64,000 nucleotides of DNA from Myxococcales bacterium (GTDB lineage Bacteria > Myxococcota_A > Polyangia > Fen-1088), in the NCBI GenBank assembly GCA_003158735.1, contig PMLB01000226.1, positions 687 to 64,686 on the forward strand, given 5' to 3'. The position numbers and the translations under genes were made by a program. Positions 1-9,755 of this stretch are shown in pieces (the stretch's first letter is position 1; each line of letters begins with the position of its first letter). A model generated the notes under the pieces. It did no database searches. It saw only the letters and a program-made list of their open reading frames with translations, and was not told the DNA's origin.

Positions 1-1
1 T

Positions 2-280
2 CCCGCGCGCCTGAGCAGCATCCCAGTCGGTGACCAATCCAGCCTTCACGCAGCGGCAGCCAAGGCCGCTGCTACTGCAAAGAATTGCCCCTACATTGAT
101 CTCACCGCCCTTTCGACGGCCTGGTACAATTCGCTTGGCATGAGCGCGTCGGCTGCGCAGACGATGTACCACCAAGGCGGCGCCACGCACACCAACCTCC
201 TGGGCGCTGACAAGCTCGCTGGCCTGTTGGCCAAGGCGATCAAAGATCAGAGCATCGGTCTGGCTAAGTACTTGAGATAG
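2..280 (+). CDS. C-terminal fragment of a CDS cut by the window edge; SGNH/GDSL-esterase-like (rhamnogalacturonan-acetylesterase-like) tail
   Basis: Frame 2 is open from the window edge to TAG at 278-280. The hand translation ends ...TAWYNSLGMSASAAQTMYHQGGATHTNLLGADKLAGLLAKAIKDQSIGLAKYLR, which resembles the block-V end (xxH..xGA..lA) of SGNH hydrolases. It is absent from the ORF track because no start codon lies in the window. Confidence 0.35.
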   Translation, partial: PARLSSIPVGDQSSLHAAAAKAAATAKNCPYIDLTALSTAWYNSLGMSASAAQTMYHQGGATHTNLLGADKLAGLLAKAIKDQSIGLAKYLR

Positions 281-333
281 TCGACGCGGAGTCCAGCGAG
301 CCTCGTAGCTAGCCACCACTGGACTGCACCGGT

Positions 334-2196
334 CTATCGATCTCCGCTGACCTCGAGAAGACGTGCGGCCAGCCGATCCAGCCGCCTGTCCCGCTGTGCC
401 CAACTGGTCGCGAGCGCGACGGCCTCCGGCGTGCGGTCCAGACGGAACAGGCACTTCGCGAGCGCGTAGCCCAGAGCGGGCTCTCGACTGCCCAGGGCTT
501 CAGCGCGCCGAAGCAACGGCTCTCCCTGCTCGGGGCGCCCGAACTCCACATCGAGGAGCCCAGCGCGCAGCAGGGCACTGGCATCGTTCTGCGAAGGAGG
601 AGGGCGTGCCAGGGCGCGAAAGGCGGCGGTTCCCGAGGCCGCCAGAAGTTCTCGTTCGGGTTGGGCGGGTTGCGGGCCTAGCCCGGCGGCGCGGAAGGCA
701 CGCAGCAAGGCGGCTTCATCGCCCGGTCCCCGGCGAAGGAAGACTTCAGCTCGCTCGTCGCGATAGATGGCAATCCAGCGACGACGGTCCCAGATTCCCT
801 CGGGAAAGAAGGGGCGTTTGGATGCGATTATCGTCACACCCAGGCGGTCGAAGTCAGCCTCCACCGCCGGGAGGAAGGAAGGAGCGGCGCCAGCGGCAAA
901 GGCACGGTGGCCCAGGTCGTGCAGTTGCGGAGGAAACAGCGTGGTGCGACCGTCCATGAATACTTGCTGCGCGGGCCAAAGGCGGAATATGAGGTAGCCG
1001 CCCCAATCCACGCTGTTCCACATGCGCCCGCCCAGCGCGGCCCGGGCGAGAAAATCCGCCATGCGTTCAGGAAATTCGCCTGCGCGAATCGGCCGACGCG
1101 CGTTGGTCAGTGCGTTGCGCAGACCTCCCTGTAGCGACCCCACGCCGTAGGCATAGCTAGACACGCCCAGGATGAGCGCCGCAATGACCATCACAGTGGC
1201 CCTCTTTGGTAGGCGTGAAACGCCAGGCGAAACCGCGGAGACTCGCGACTTCGGCGCCCCGGCCAGGAGAAGCAATGTCGCTGGAAAGACCAAGTACACA
1301 TGGCGCCCGGCGGACGCAGAGACCGCAGCAGCGACCAACGCCACTGCGACGGTGCCCGCTTCCAGCCTGGGACGGAGGAAGGCCCGCACGAGCAATGCCG
1401 CCAACGCCGCGAACGGCGCGAATGCGGCCACCACCTTGTGGAGCGTGCCATCAGGCGCCTGCAGATAACGCCATACGGGCGCCCATTCGGGAACATTGGC
1501 AGCCTGGGTGACGGCCCGTGTGGCGAGAGCTTCCCGGTAGATGCCCAGACCTGCCGGATTGCAGGCCACGGCCAGTATCGTACATGCGGCAAGAACCGCC
1601 GCGGTTCGGTTGCGTCGGGCCAGCGCGGCCGCGACGGCAAGGACCGGGGCCAGCACCGCTCCGCCGTGAAGGTTGGCCCACAGTACGGCAACTCCCGAGG
1701 CAACCAGTATTCGCCGTCGGTCAGGGGGAGCAAACAGCAGGGCGACGAAGGCAATCTCGCAGGGGAATGCCAGGACATGAGGGCGCGGCCGCATCCGATC
1801 GATGTAGAGAAGCAGCACGAGTGCAAAGATCAGGAAAACGGCCGGCGCGTTCCGACTGCGCAGCCACGCCAGCCGCACGAGAAGCCCGAGCCCCAAGAGC
1901 ACCGCCGCGCCACCCAGCGCGCGCACGCCGTCCCAGCCCGCGCAGCGAAAAGCGAGGTAGAAGGCCACTTCGGAGAGCCACTCGTGTGTGGTCCAGGGCA
2001 CGCCAGCTCGCGTCCAGGTGAAGGGATCAATCCTGGGAATCGCACGCGTGGTCGCGATGAGCTCACCAATCTTCACGTGCCAGAATTCGTCGATGTCCCA
2101 GATGGGCTGCAGGAGAACCAGCACCGCAACCCCGAAGAGGCAAGCCATCGCCGCCCAACACCAGACCGGCACCGCCTTCGCGCGCAGCTGGGTCAT
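334..2196 (-). CDS. polytopic membrane protein with C-terminal TPR-like domain (GT-C-type glycosyltransferase-like; function unproven)
   Basis: 620-aa ORF. Many hydrophobic helices fill the first ~420 aa, and a DIDEFWH motif follows TM1. The C-terminal ~150 aa are soluble helical repeats (LLRAGLLDVEFGRPEQGEPLLRRAEALGSREPALGYALAKCLFRL). Its ATG overlaps the upstream stop (ATGA at 2193-2196). Confidence 0.6.
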   Translation of the reverse strand: MTQLRAKAVPVWCWAAMACLFGVAVLVLLQPIWDIDEFWHVKIGELIATTRAIPRIDPFTWTRAGVPWTTHEWLSEVAFYLAFRCAGWDGVRALGGAAVLLGLGLLVRLAWLRSRNAPAVFLIFALVLLLYIDRMRPRPHVLAFPCEIAFVALLFAPPDRRRILVASGVAVLWANLHGGAVLAPVLAVAAALARRNRTAAVLAACTILAVACNPAGLGIYREALATRAVTQAANVPEWAPVWRYLQAPDGTLHKVVAAFAPFAALAALLVRAFLRPRLEAGTVAVALVAAAVSASAGRHVYLVFPATLLLLAGAPKSRVSAVSPGVSRLPKRATVMVIAALILGVSSYAYGVGSLQGGLRNALTNARRPIRAGEFPERMADFLARAALGGRMWNSVDWGGYLIFRLWPAQQVFMDGRTTLFPPQLHDLGHRAFAAGAAPSFLPAVEADFDRLGVTIIASKRPFFPEGIWDRRRWIAIYRDERAEVFLRRGPGDEAALLRAFRAAGLGPQPAQPERELLAASGTAAFRALARPPPSQNDASALLRAGLLDVEFGRPEQGEPLLRRAEALGSREPALGYALAKCLFRLDRTPEAVALATSWAQRDRRLDRLAARLLEVSGDR

Positions 2197-2546
2197 ACTG
2201 GAATCGGGCTTTTCGTCTTGAGTGATGGATCAGCCTCCTTTGCCAGACAAGATTGCCACCAACTCCGTCGCATGTGCAGCACGGCTAGGACACAAAAGCC
2301 AATCCACACCAAGTTTCGCCCCAACACCAGCAATGTAACCCGCAGGGTAGGCAGAAGGTAGGTCGCATTCGGACTGGAAGTCGGGCGCATCAGCTCCGCC
2401 CAGAACTTCCTTATTACGAAGGCATAGAGAGAATAGACTAGCGTATCGCTGATACCGTGCCTGGGGACGAGCGCGATAGTGGCCCGCGACCCTAGGAAAA
2501 GAGCCAGAACCACGATGACTGCGGCAACGCGTTTCGAGCTTTCCAC
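2193..2546 (-). CDS. small hydrophobic membrane protein, translationally coupled to 334..2196
   Basis: 117-aa ORF with 3-4 hydrophobic segments (VAAVIVVLALFLG, LLPTLRVTLLVLG, LVWIGFCVLAVL). There is a 4-nt ATGA stop/start overlap with the downstream gene. Visibly lower GC than the flanks. No family recognised. Confidence 0.45.
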   Translation of the reverse strand: MESSKRVAAVIVVLALFLGSRATIALVPRHGISDTLVYSLYAFVIRKFWAELMRPTSSPNATYLLPTLRVTLLVLGRNLVWIGFCVLAVLHMRRSWWQSCLAKEADPSLKTKSPIPV

Positions 2547-2702
2547 ACGGTGAGTATTGGCCGCCCATCGAGTGGCCGCAACCGCTACCCCGGTGTATTT
2601 CTTGTCGATCGCACTGGCGGTTGCGGGCGCCGCGGGCGAGTATCAGCTGGCCGGCCTTGCCGCCTGGATCGAACAGCAGTGCGAAAGATCGAACTGTCGC
2701 AG

Positions 2703-3176
2703 TTACCGCGCACGCGGGATCGGAAGCACGATGGTGCCGCATTTCACCGCGGTTGGCCGCTGATTCTTGGCGAACGTGTAGACCAACTGTCGGGTGCGCT
2801 CCTGCCCTGGATCGAAGGACTCGGATCTGTCGGCGGCCGAATTCACCTCCGTGTGGCGATCGACGACTGAAGGTTGGCGAGCCTCGCCTTTCCCGACCAG
2901 AACGCACGTCTCCCACGAAAACGTCTCTTCCTGACCGAGATTGCTTCGGACGGTCACCAGCGCCCAGATGAGTTTCTGGTAGTCTCCGGGGGCCACCAAG
3001 ACGCCCCCTTCGCCCACGTATTCGTCGGGAGCGTCCCTGACTTCGCCAAGGGTAATCGTCCACCCATCCGCGGTCTTGGACACCGGGGTGTTCATCAGGA
3101 CCGAGGAGCACGCGGAGAATCCGCTAAGCCACATGCCAACCAAGACGATCGTGCTGACAGAACGCATGGATTGCAT
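2703..3176 (-). CDS. secreted lipoprotein, unknown function
   Basis: 157-aa ORF with a signal peptide and lipobox (LVGMWLSGFSAC). The mature part looks like a small beta-rich domain. Confidence 0.6.
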   Translation of the reverse strand: MQSMRSVSTIVLVGMWLSGFSACSSVLMNTPVSKTADGWTITLGEVRDAPDEYVGEGGVLVAPGDYQKLIWALVTVRSNLGQEETFSWETCVLVGKGEARQPSVVDRHTEVNSAADRSESFDPGQERTRQLVYTFAKNQRPTAVKCGTIVLPIPRAR

Positions 3177-3577
3177 CTAGATTCCTCCAAGTTTCCGCAA
3201 TGGCCTTGCACCCGTTCTTGTAGGACAACGGTCGGCGAAAAACAAGACGCGAGGTGGTGGCGGGAGAATAGGCCGACCAGGCACGCGTCGGAGTGCTTGT
3301 TTGCCGTCGCAGGTGCCCTCCTGCGGACCATGGGTCGGACAAGTGCTAATTCCCGCGTGCGTCAAAATGTCCTATAGCAGCCTCGTGGTGGCTACCGTGT
3401 TGGTCCGTCGAGAACTTCATTGACTACGCGGCCCTCCGGTAGTCAGCATAGAAATCCGTGGTGGCTACCGAACGCATCCGCGCGAGATGATAGCTGAAAT
3501 CCTGGGAAACGGGCAGCTCCACTGGCCACCCTGCTCGCAAGGACGGGCTGCACCCGCGCGGGCGCGGCTGTAGTATC

Positions 3578-4453
3578 ATGCGCGCCATGCGCAAGTCGGT
3601 GTTTGCTCACGCTCGTCGAGAGCGGTCCTTCCTGGCGGCAGTGCTTGTCGCGGTTGCTCTTGGGGCTTGGGGCCCGGCGGCGGAGGCCGGCGACGCCAGC
3701 CGTGCGACGGCCAAGGCGCACTATGAAACCGCCACGCGCCTGTACGACATTCGCGAATATGACAAAGCGCTGGTCGAGTTCAAATCCGCCTATCTTGCTC
3801 AGCCCGATCCGGCCTTTCTGTTCAACGTCGGCCAGTGCTATCGAAAACTCGGCCAGAACCAGCAGGCGCTCAATTTCTTCCAGGAATACTTGAAGAAAGC
3901 GCCCCCGGACGATCCCAACCGCAGTCAGGTCGAGGCCCGTGTGCGAGACATCGAAGCCGAGGCCAAGCTCCAGGCCGAGACGGCCCAGGCGGCTGCCGCG
4001 CCTGTGCCGGCAGCAGAGGTTGTTCAACCTGCGCCGGTTGTCCAGACTGCGCCGGCAGCGGTCGTCGCGCCCACCAGCGCAGCGGCCTCGGTCGAACAGG
4101 CTGTCCCGGTCAGCACAACGCCCGGGGGGAACGAGCGCGGCCTGCGCATTGCGGGAATTGCCTGCGGCGCGGCTGGCCTGGCTTCGGTAGGAATCGCAAT
4201 CTACTACTACACCCGAGCCAGATCGCTTTCCGACAGCGTGACCAAGTCGCAAACTCCCAAGGCCTCTGACGATCAAGCGGGCCGGGATGCTCAGACCATG
4301 CAGTGGGTGTTCTACGGCATCGGGGCCGGGGCGTTGGCCACCGGCACCGTGCTCTATTTGCTCGGCTGGCCGCCCAACCCAGCCGGCCGCACGGTGGCCA
4401 CGCCGATAGTCGGACCTGGCCTGGTGGGAATTTCAGCGCAAGGGACATTCTGA
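3578..4453 (+). CDS. TPR-repeat protein with Ala/Pro-rich linker and C-terminal transmembrane anchor (copy 1)
   Basis: Signal-like N-terminus, then TPR-type sequence [63 protein letters not shown]. An AP-rich linker and two hydrophobic helices lie near the C-terminus. Its stop overlaps the next start (TGATG). Confidence 0.7.
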   Translation: MRAMRKSVFAHARRERSFLAAVLVAVALGAWGPAAEAGDASRATAKAHYETATRLYDIREYDKALVEFKSAYLAQPDPAFLFNVGQCYRKLGQNQQALNFFQEYLKKAPPDDPNRSQVEARVRDIEAEAKLQAETAQAAAAPVPAAEVVQPAPVVQTAPAAVVAPTSAAASVEQAVPVSTTPGGNERGLRIAGIACGAAGLASVGIAIYYYTRARSLSDSVTKSQTPKASDDQAGRDAQTMQWVFYGIGAGALATGTVLYLLGWPPNPAGRTVATPIVGPGLVGISAQGTF

Positions 4454-5946
4454 TGCGAAACCTGGTTGCCATTGTCGGCATTTTCGTGATGGTCCACATC
4501 GTGGCCTGTGGCTACGACCCGCATCCGATTAGTGGCAAATTGCCATGCACCTCGCATTGCCCGAACGGCTATGTGTGCACGAACAACTTCTGCTACCTCA
4601 CGGGTACAGGTCCTGATGGCGGCCCATCCTCCGGCACGACCGGAGGCGGTGGCGCGGCTGGCACAGGTGGTACCGCAGGGATGGACGCGGGCGACGCGAG
4701 TTACAGCGATGCACTGGCGCCTACCATCAGCAATTTCACTGCCGAGCCCGAATCGATTCTGACGGGCCAAAGCAGTACCCTCAGTTGGAGCGTGACTGGC
4801 GCGACGAGCTTGTCGATCGATCAGGGCATTGGCTCGGTCATGGGCCGAAACTCCCAACAAGTCACGCCCAACCAGACCACGACCTACACCCTGACGCTGA
4901 ATGATTCCGTGTCCGCGAGTGTGACGGTCACGGTGCTGAACGGAATTTTCACCGTAACGGGCAAGATGGTCACGCCGAGAGATAGCCACACAGCGATATC
5001 GCTGCAAGACGGAAGGGTTCTCATCGTCGGCGGGGTAGCCTTCAACCAGCCCATCGCCAGCGCGGAGATCTACGACCCCAACACGGGCACCTTCGCGGCC
5101 ACTGGGAACATGACTGTCGAGAGGCAGTATCACACCATGACCTTGTTGCCGGGCGGAAAAGTTCTGATCACAGGCGGGTTCGATGGCTCCAGCGATCTCG
5201 CAAGTGCGGAACTCTACGATCCCAATACCGGGACATTCTCCTCCACCGCTGGCAGCATGACCGTGCCAAGGTCGAGTCACGTGGCTGCCTTGTTGCAGAA
5301 TGGTCTGGTCCTTATCGCTGGCGGATGGGACGGGCTCACCGGCCTCACCAGCGCGGAGCTATACGACCCCAAGACCGGCAAGTTTGCTCCCACCGGCGGT
5401 ATGGAGGCGATCAGGCAGATCCCGAGCGCGACGGTGCTGCCCAGCGGGCAGGTTCTGGTCGCAGGGGGATACGACGGCGCCGACGATCTGGCGAGCGCAG
5501 AACTGTACGATCCCAAGAGCGCAGGATTTCTGTCCACCGGTACCATGCACGCGGCCAGGGAGACGCACACCGCGACCTTGCTGGGAAACGGGCAGGTTCT
5601 CATCGTGGGCGGCCAAAATGGCCCAGAGAGTCTCGCAAGCGCGGAACTGTACGACCCCAGCGCGGGAACATTCACGGCAATCGCCAGCATGACCTTGCCA
5701 AGGGATTCGCACACGGCGACCTTGCTGCAGAACGGGATGGTGCTCATTGCCGGGGGCGAGAACTTCACTTCGACGCTCGCCAGCGCGAAGGTATACGATC
5801 CGGCGACAGCGACCTTCGCGGCCACCGGCGGCATGTCCGTGCCAAGGCAGGGCCACACGGCGACCTTGCTGCCCAACGGGCAGGTGCTGATCGCCGGCGG
5901 ATTCGATCAGACCATAGACTTCGGGCCAGCTGAACTCTATCAGTAG
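4453..5946 (+). CDS. Kelch-repeat beta-propeller lipoprotein with Ig-like domain (copy 1)
   Basis: I picked the internal start [19 protein letters not shown] (lipobox) at the TGATG overlap, because the ORF-track N-terminal extension overlaps the upstream gene. About 9 repeats of [11 protein letters not shown](T/K)FxxTGxMxxxRxxHTATLLxNGxVLIAGG. The Ig-like segment is [34 protein letters not shown]. Confidence 0.8.
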   Translation: MRNLVAIVGIFVMVHIVACGYDPHPISGKLPCTSHCPNGYVCTNNFCYLTGTGPDGGPSSGTTGGGGAAGTGGTAGMDAGDASYSDALAPTISNFTAEPESILTGQSSTLSWSVTGATSLSIDQGIGSVMGRNSQQVTPNQTTTYTLTLNDSVSASVTVTVLNGIFTVTGKMVTPRDSHTAISLQDGRVLIVGGVAFNQPIASAEIYDPNTGTFAATGNMTVERQYHTMTLLPGGKVLITGGFDGSSDLASAELYDPNTGTFSSTAGSMTVPRSSHVAALLQNGLVLIAGGWDGLTGLTSAELYDPKTGKFAPTGGMEAIRQIPSATVLPSGQVLVAGGYDGADDLASAELYDPKSAGFLSTGTMHAARETHTATLLGNGQVLIVGGQNGPESLASAELYDPSAGTFTAIASMTLPRDSHTATLLQNGMVLIAGGENFTSTLASAKVYDPATATFAATGGMSVPRQGHTATLLPNGQVLIAGGFDQTIDFGPAELYQ

Positions 5947-6025
5947 CCTGGACGGGTACCGCGACGCCGCGCTGGCCAGAAGCTTGCGCCAGGCCAGTCA
6001 CCCGCGCGGGCGCGGCTGTAGTATC

Positions 6026-6907
6026 ATGCGCGCCATGCGCAAGTCGGTGTTCTCTCGCCCTCCTCAAGGGCGGTTCTTTGTGGCGGCCGTGCTGGTTGCG
6101 GTGTCCCTCCGGGTTTTCGGCCCGACGGCGGAGGCCGGCGACCGCCGGGCGACGGCCAAGGTGCACTACGAAACCGCTACGCGCCTGTACGACATTCGCG
6201 AATATGACAAAGCGCTGGTCGAGTTCAAATCCGCCTATCTTGCTCAGCCCGATCCGGCCTTTCTGTTCAACATCGGCCAGTGCTATCGAAAGCTCGGCCA
6301 GAACCAGCAGGCGCTCAATTTCTTCCAAAAATACTTGAAGAAAGCCTCCCCCGACGATCCCAACCGCAGCCAGGTCGAGGCCCGCGTACGAGACATTGAG
6401 GCCGAGGCCAAGCTCAAGGCCGAGGAGGCACAGGCTGCGGCCGCTGCCACGCCCGCGCCGGCACCAGCGCCCGAGGTTGTTCCGCCTGCGCCGACACCTG
6501 CGACGGCAGCGGTCGCCGCTGCGCCCACCGCCCCAGCGGCTTCGGTCGAACAGGCTGTGCCGGCCAGTGCAACGCCCGCGGGGAGCGGGCGCGGCCTGCG
6601 CATTGCGGGGATTGCCTGCGGGGCGGCCGGCCTGGCTTCCGTGGGGATCGGAATCTACTACTACACGCGGGCCAGATCGCTGTCCGACAGCGTGACCAAC
6701 TCGCAAACCCCCAAGGCCTCTGACGATCAAGCGGGCCGGGATGCTCAGACCATGCAGTGGGTGTTCTACGGCATCGGGGCCGGGGCGTTGGCCACCGGCA
6801 CCGTACTCTATTTGCTCGGCTGGCCGCCCAAAGAGTCCGGCCGCACGGTGGCCGTGCCGATAGTGGGACCTGGCCTGGCGGGAATTTCAGCGCAAGGAAC
6901 ATTCTGA
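6026..6907 (+). CDS. TPR-repeat protein with C-terminal membrane anchor (copy 2, paralog of 3578..4453)
   Basis: Start chosen at ATGCGCGCCATGCGCAAG, which is identical to the copy 1 start context. The protein is near-identical to copy 1 in the TPR and anchor regions. Confidence 0.7.
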   Translation: MRAMRKSVFSRPPQGRFFVAAVLVAVSLRVFGPTAEAGDRRATAKVHYETATRLYDIREYDKALVEFKSAYLAQPDPAFLFNIGQCYRKLGQNQQALNFFQKYLKKASPDDPNRSQVEARVRDIEAEAKLKAEEAQAAAAATPAPAPAPEVVPPAPTPATAAVAAAPTAPAASVEQAVPASATPAGSGRGLRIAGIACGAAGLASVGIGIYYYTRARSLSDSVTNSQTPKASDDQAGRDAQTMQWVFYGIGAGALATGTVLYLLGWPPKESGRTVAVPIVGPGLAGISAQGTF

Positions 6908-8385
6908 TGCGAAATCTAGTTGCCATTGTAGGCGTATTTGTGATTGCCGCCATCGCGGCCTGTGGTTACGACCCGCACCCCGAAAGTGGCGCCCTGCCAT
7001 GCACCTCGCATTGCCCGAACGGCTACGTGTGCACGAACAACTTCTGCTACCTCACGGGTACAGGTCCTGATGGCGGCCCATCCGCCGGCACGACTGGCGG
7101 CGCTGGCGCCGCCGGCACGGGTGGCATGGTCGGAAGCGATGCCGCTGCCGGCAGTGGCGGCACGGTCAGAAGTGATGCCGCCGCTGGCAGTGGCGGCACG
7201 GTCAGAAATGATGCCGCCGCTGGCAGTGGCGGCACGGTCGGAAGTGATGCCGCCGCTACACACGATGGCGCAGCTGACGTGGGGCTGGATGTTCCCTCTT
7301 CCATAGACTCCGATGGCGACGCGAGTCTGGCCGACAGCGAAGCGGGTGGCGCCGACGTGCTGGGCACCGGTGGCGCAACCGCAGGAGCCTTCAAGGCAAC
7401 CGGCAGCATGATCACGGGGAGGGACAATCACACAGCCACGTTGTTGCTCAACGGGAAGGTGCTCATCGCCGGCGGAAGCAATTTCGACACACCTCTCGCG
7501 ACCGCAGAGCTGTACGATCCCGCCACGGCGACCTTTTCGGGGACCGGCAAGATGGTCGCGGCAAGGTACGCCGCCACAGCGACCCTGCTGCAAGACGGAA
7601 GGGTTCTCGTGACCGGCGGATTCAGTGGCGAGGAGTACCTAGCGAGTGCGGAGCTGTACGACCCGGCGACCGCGAAATTCTCGGCCACCGGGGACATGGC
7701 GGCAGCAAGAAATTTCCACACGGCGACGCGGTTGCAGAATGGAAAGGTCTTCATCGCCGGCGGATTCGGTGGCAACCGTCTCGCGAGCGCGGAGCTCTAC
7801 GACCCAGCGACGGGAAAATTTACGACGGCCGGCTCCATGAAGGCGGTCAGGGTATCCCAGACTGCGACATTGTTGACCAACGGAAAGGTGCTCATCGCCG
7901 GCGGAATGAGCACCAAGGGTGCTGTCGCCAGTGCTGAGCTGTACGACCCGGCGAATGCGACATTTACGCCGACCGGTTCCCTAAAGGTGGCAAGGTACGC
8001 GCAGACGGCGACGCTGTTGCCGGGCGGGACGGTGCTCATGGTCGGCGGAGACGACCCCAATGATGCGCAACTTGCGAGCGCCGAAATCTACGATCCAACG
8101 GACGCATCGTTCACGGCAACTGGCAGCATTACCGGGGCGCGGGACAGCCACACCGCCACATTGTTGCCCAGCGGGGTCGTTCTGGTCGCTGGTGGATACA
8201 ACGGCTCGGCGCTCGGAAGCGCCAGGTTATACGACCCAACCTCTGGAACATTCACGGCCATCAGCGGCATGATCGACGAAAGGGAAGCCCACACCGCGAC
8301 CTTGCTGACGAATGGGGCGGTCCTCATGGCCGGCGGATTCGGCATGACCAACCAGGACCTCGCGAGCGCCGAGCTGTACCAATAG
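6907..8385 (+). CDS. Kelch-repeat beta-propeller lipoprotein (copy 2)
   Basis: Internal start [19 protein letters not shown] at a TGATG overlap. Same Kelch-type repeat as copy 1. The N-terminal stalk contains an in-frame 12-aa tandem repeat. Confidence 0.8.
   Translation: MRNLVAIVGVFVIAAIAACGYDPHPESGALPCTSHCPNGYVCTNNFCYLTGTGPDGGPSAGTTGGAGAAGTGGMVGSDAAAGSGGTVRSDAAAGSGGTVRNDAAAGSGGTVGSDAAATHDGAADVGLDVPSSIDSDGDASLADSEAGGADVLGTGGATAGAFKATGSMITGRDNHTATLLLNGKVLIAGGSNFDTPLATAELYDPATATFSGTGKMVAARYAATATLLQDGRVLVTGGFSGEEYLASAELYDPATAKFSATGDMAAARNFHTATRLQNGKVFIAGGFGGNRLASAELYDPATGKFTTAGSMKAVRVSQTATLLTNGKVLIAGGMSTKGAVASAELYDPANATFTPTGSLKVARYAQTATLLPGGTVLMVGGDDPNDAQLASAEIYDPTDASFTATGSITGARDSHTATLLPSGVVLVAGGYNGSALGSARLYDPTSGTFTAISGMIDEREAHTATLLTNGAVLMAGGFGMTNQDLASAELYQ
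7135..7257 (+). repeat. 36-bp in-frame tandem repeat, about 3.4 copies
   Basis: The unit AGTGATGCCGCCGCTGGCAGTGGCGGCACGGTCAGA is repeated head to tail. It encodes (S/N)DAAAGSGGTV(R/G) inside the stalk of the second Kelch lipoprotein. Confidence 0.8.
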
Positions 8386-8433
8386 CCGGACGGCTGCCGC
8401 CGCGAAGAGTGGGGCCTTTTCGCCCCGTGGCCA

Positions 8434-9285
8434 CTACAGCGATCCAAGAACGGCGCGCAACTCGGCAGCGTATCGGCCGTGCGGCGAAAGCCGCAGGTAG
8501 CGCTGGTAGGCGGCCTTGGCGGCTGCCCTGTGGCCGAAGGTTTGTTCGGCGCTGCCGAGAAAGACATAGGCATCGGCTCGGTTGGCGTCGAGTGCGATGG
8601 CCTTGGTCGCCCAATTGGAGGCGGGACCGGGGCGTCCGCGCTCGAACTCGGTCTTGGCCAGCATGACGGCGACATCCGCGGATGGCGGGCCACTGGCGAA
8701 CGCTTGTGCACACGCGGATACCACGTCCTTTGCCCGATGTTGCTCGTAGGCCTTCTGGCACGCGTCGAGGGCAGCGTCGTCAGCCGGGGCCGCAGCAGCC
8801 TTGGCCGCGGTTGGTGCAGGAGCAGGGGAATCGGTGAGGGCCGCAACCGCCCCGGCAGCGGCAGGTACAGGAGGAGGAGGAGGAGGGACGGGAAGATCCG
8901 CGGCCGGGGCTGCTGCGGGGATTAATGCGGGCGTCGGCGTCGTTTCTTGCCGGGACGCGGTCGGTTGGGGTAGCGACCGCGGCGCGTGGTCCGTGCGCGA
9001 AACAGCCAACGTGGCACACGCGGCGACCACGGCAGATAAGCCGAGCAGCGCCCAGTATGCGCGTCTGCGCAGCCAGGGGCGCGTTTTCCCGGCGGCAGAT
9101 GGCTCATCAAAGCTGTCGCCGGCGACTGGCGCAGCCGCCAAATCCTCCCCCGCTTGAAAGAAACTGGTTTCGACGGTGTCGAAGTGAGGAAGCTGTTCTA
9201 GGGGCAGGACCAGGACTTGGCACTTCAGTTCTCGGGGCGGCTGTGCGTTCTGAGGGTCGGCACGGCGCTCGGGTGCGCGGCTCAT
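8434..9285 (-). CDS. membrane-anchored TPR-like protein
   Basis: 283-aa ORF. It has one TM helix (YWALLGLSAVVAACATLAV), a Pro/Ala-rich linker and a C-terminal TPR-like region (ADAYVFLGSAEQTFGHRAAAKAAYQRYLRLSPHGRYAAELRAVL). Confidence 0.6.
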   Translation of the reverse strand: MSRAPERRADPQNAQPPRELKCQVLVLPLEQLPHFDTVETSFFQAGEDLAAAPVAGDSFDEPSAAGKTRPWLRRRAYWALLGLSAVVAACATLAVSRTDHAPRSLPQPTASRQETTPTPALIPAAAPAADLPVPPPPPPVPAAAGAVAALTDSPAPAPTAAKAAAAPADDAALDACQKAYEQHRAKDVVSACAQAFASGPPSADVAVMLAKTEFERGRPGPASNWATKAIALDANRADAYVFLGSAEQTFGHRAAAKAAYQRYLRLSPHGRYAAELRAVLGSL

Positions 9286-9755
9286 GGAAACCTCCGAGGA
9301 CTTAGAGTCGGCTGGCGCGCGGCGCAGGTCAAAGAATTGGACACGACTTGCTTAGTGTCGTGAGGCCCCCGGTTCCTTACGGCCCGATGTCTTTTCGCTT
9401 GGCGTCGAGACCACTGATGGATGTGACCTTCTGAATTTCTTCCCGGTGCTCAACATCTTGCCAATTTGGCCTGGCTGTGTGCCGGTGGCGGGTTGGGGCG
9501 ACATCGTCAAGCGCGTCTCGCTAGCAGGTCCTGCGCCGGCAGAGGACCGGACAACTCGGCGACGCAATAGGAATCTCGCGCGCTCGACCATTTGCTCGAC
9601 GTCACATTGGCTCGAGCTGGTCTTCATCTTGGCAGGCGTTCTGGTGGCGGCCTCAGCGCTCTTGCTCGGGCCGGCGGGGTTGCGCCGGCTCGCGGTCTTG
9701 GGCCGCGGGCGCTTGCTGTTCGCCGAAGTGTTGTCGCGACGAGCATGAACTTGGT

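Noticed and set aside
4303-4452. 50-codon N-terminal extensions of the Kelch ORFs (also 6757..6906)
   Set aside because: The extensions overlap the 3' ends of the upstream TPR genes. The internal ATG at the TGATG junction gives a canonical lipoprotein signal peptide.
9500-9560. Guanidine (ykkC)-type or other riboswitch upstream of the EamA transporter
   Set aside because: There is only a vague CTAG…GGTCC resemblance. The conserved ykkC core blocks are not present. I left it as an unexplained long intergenic region.
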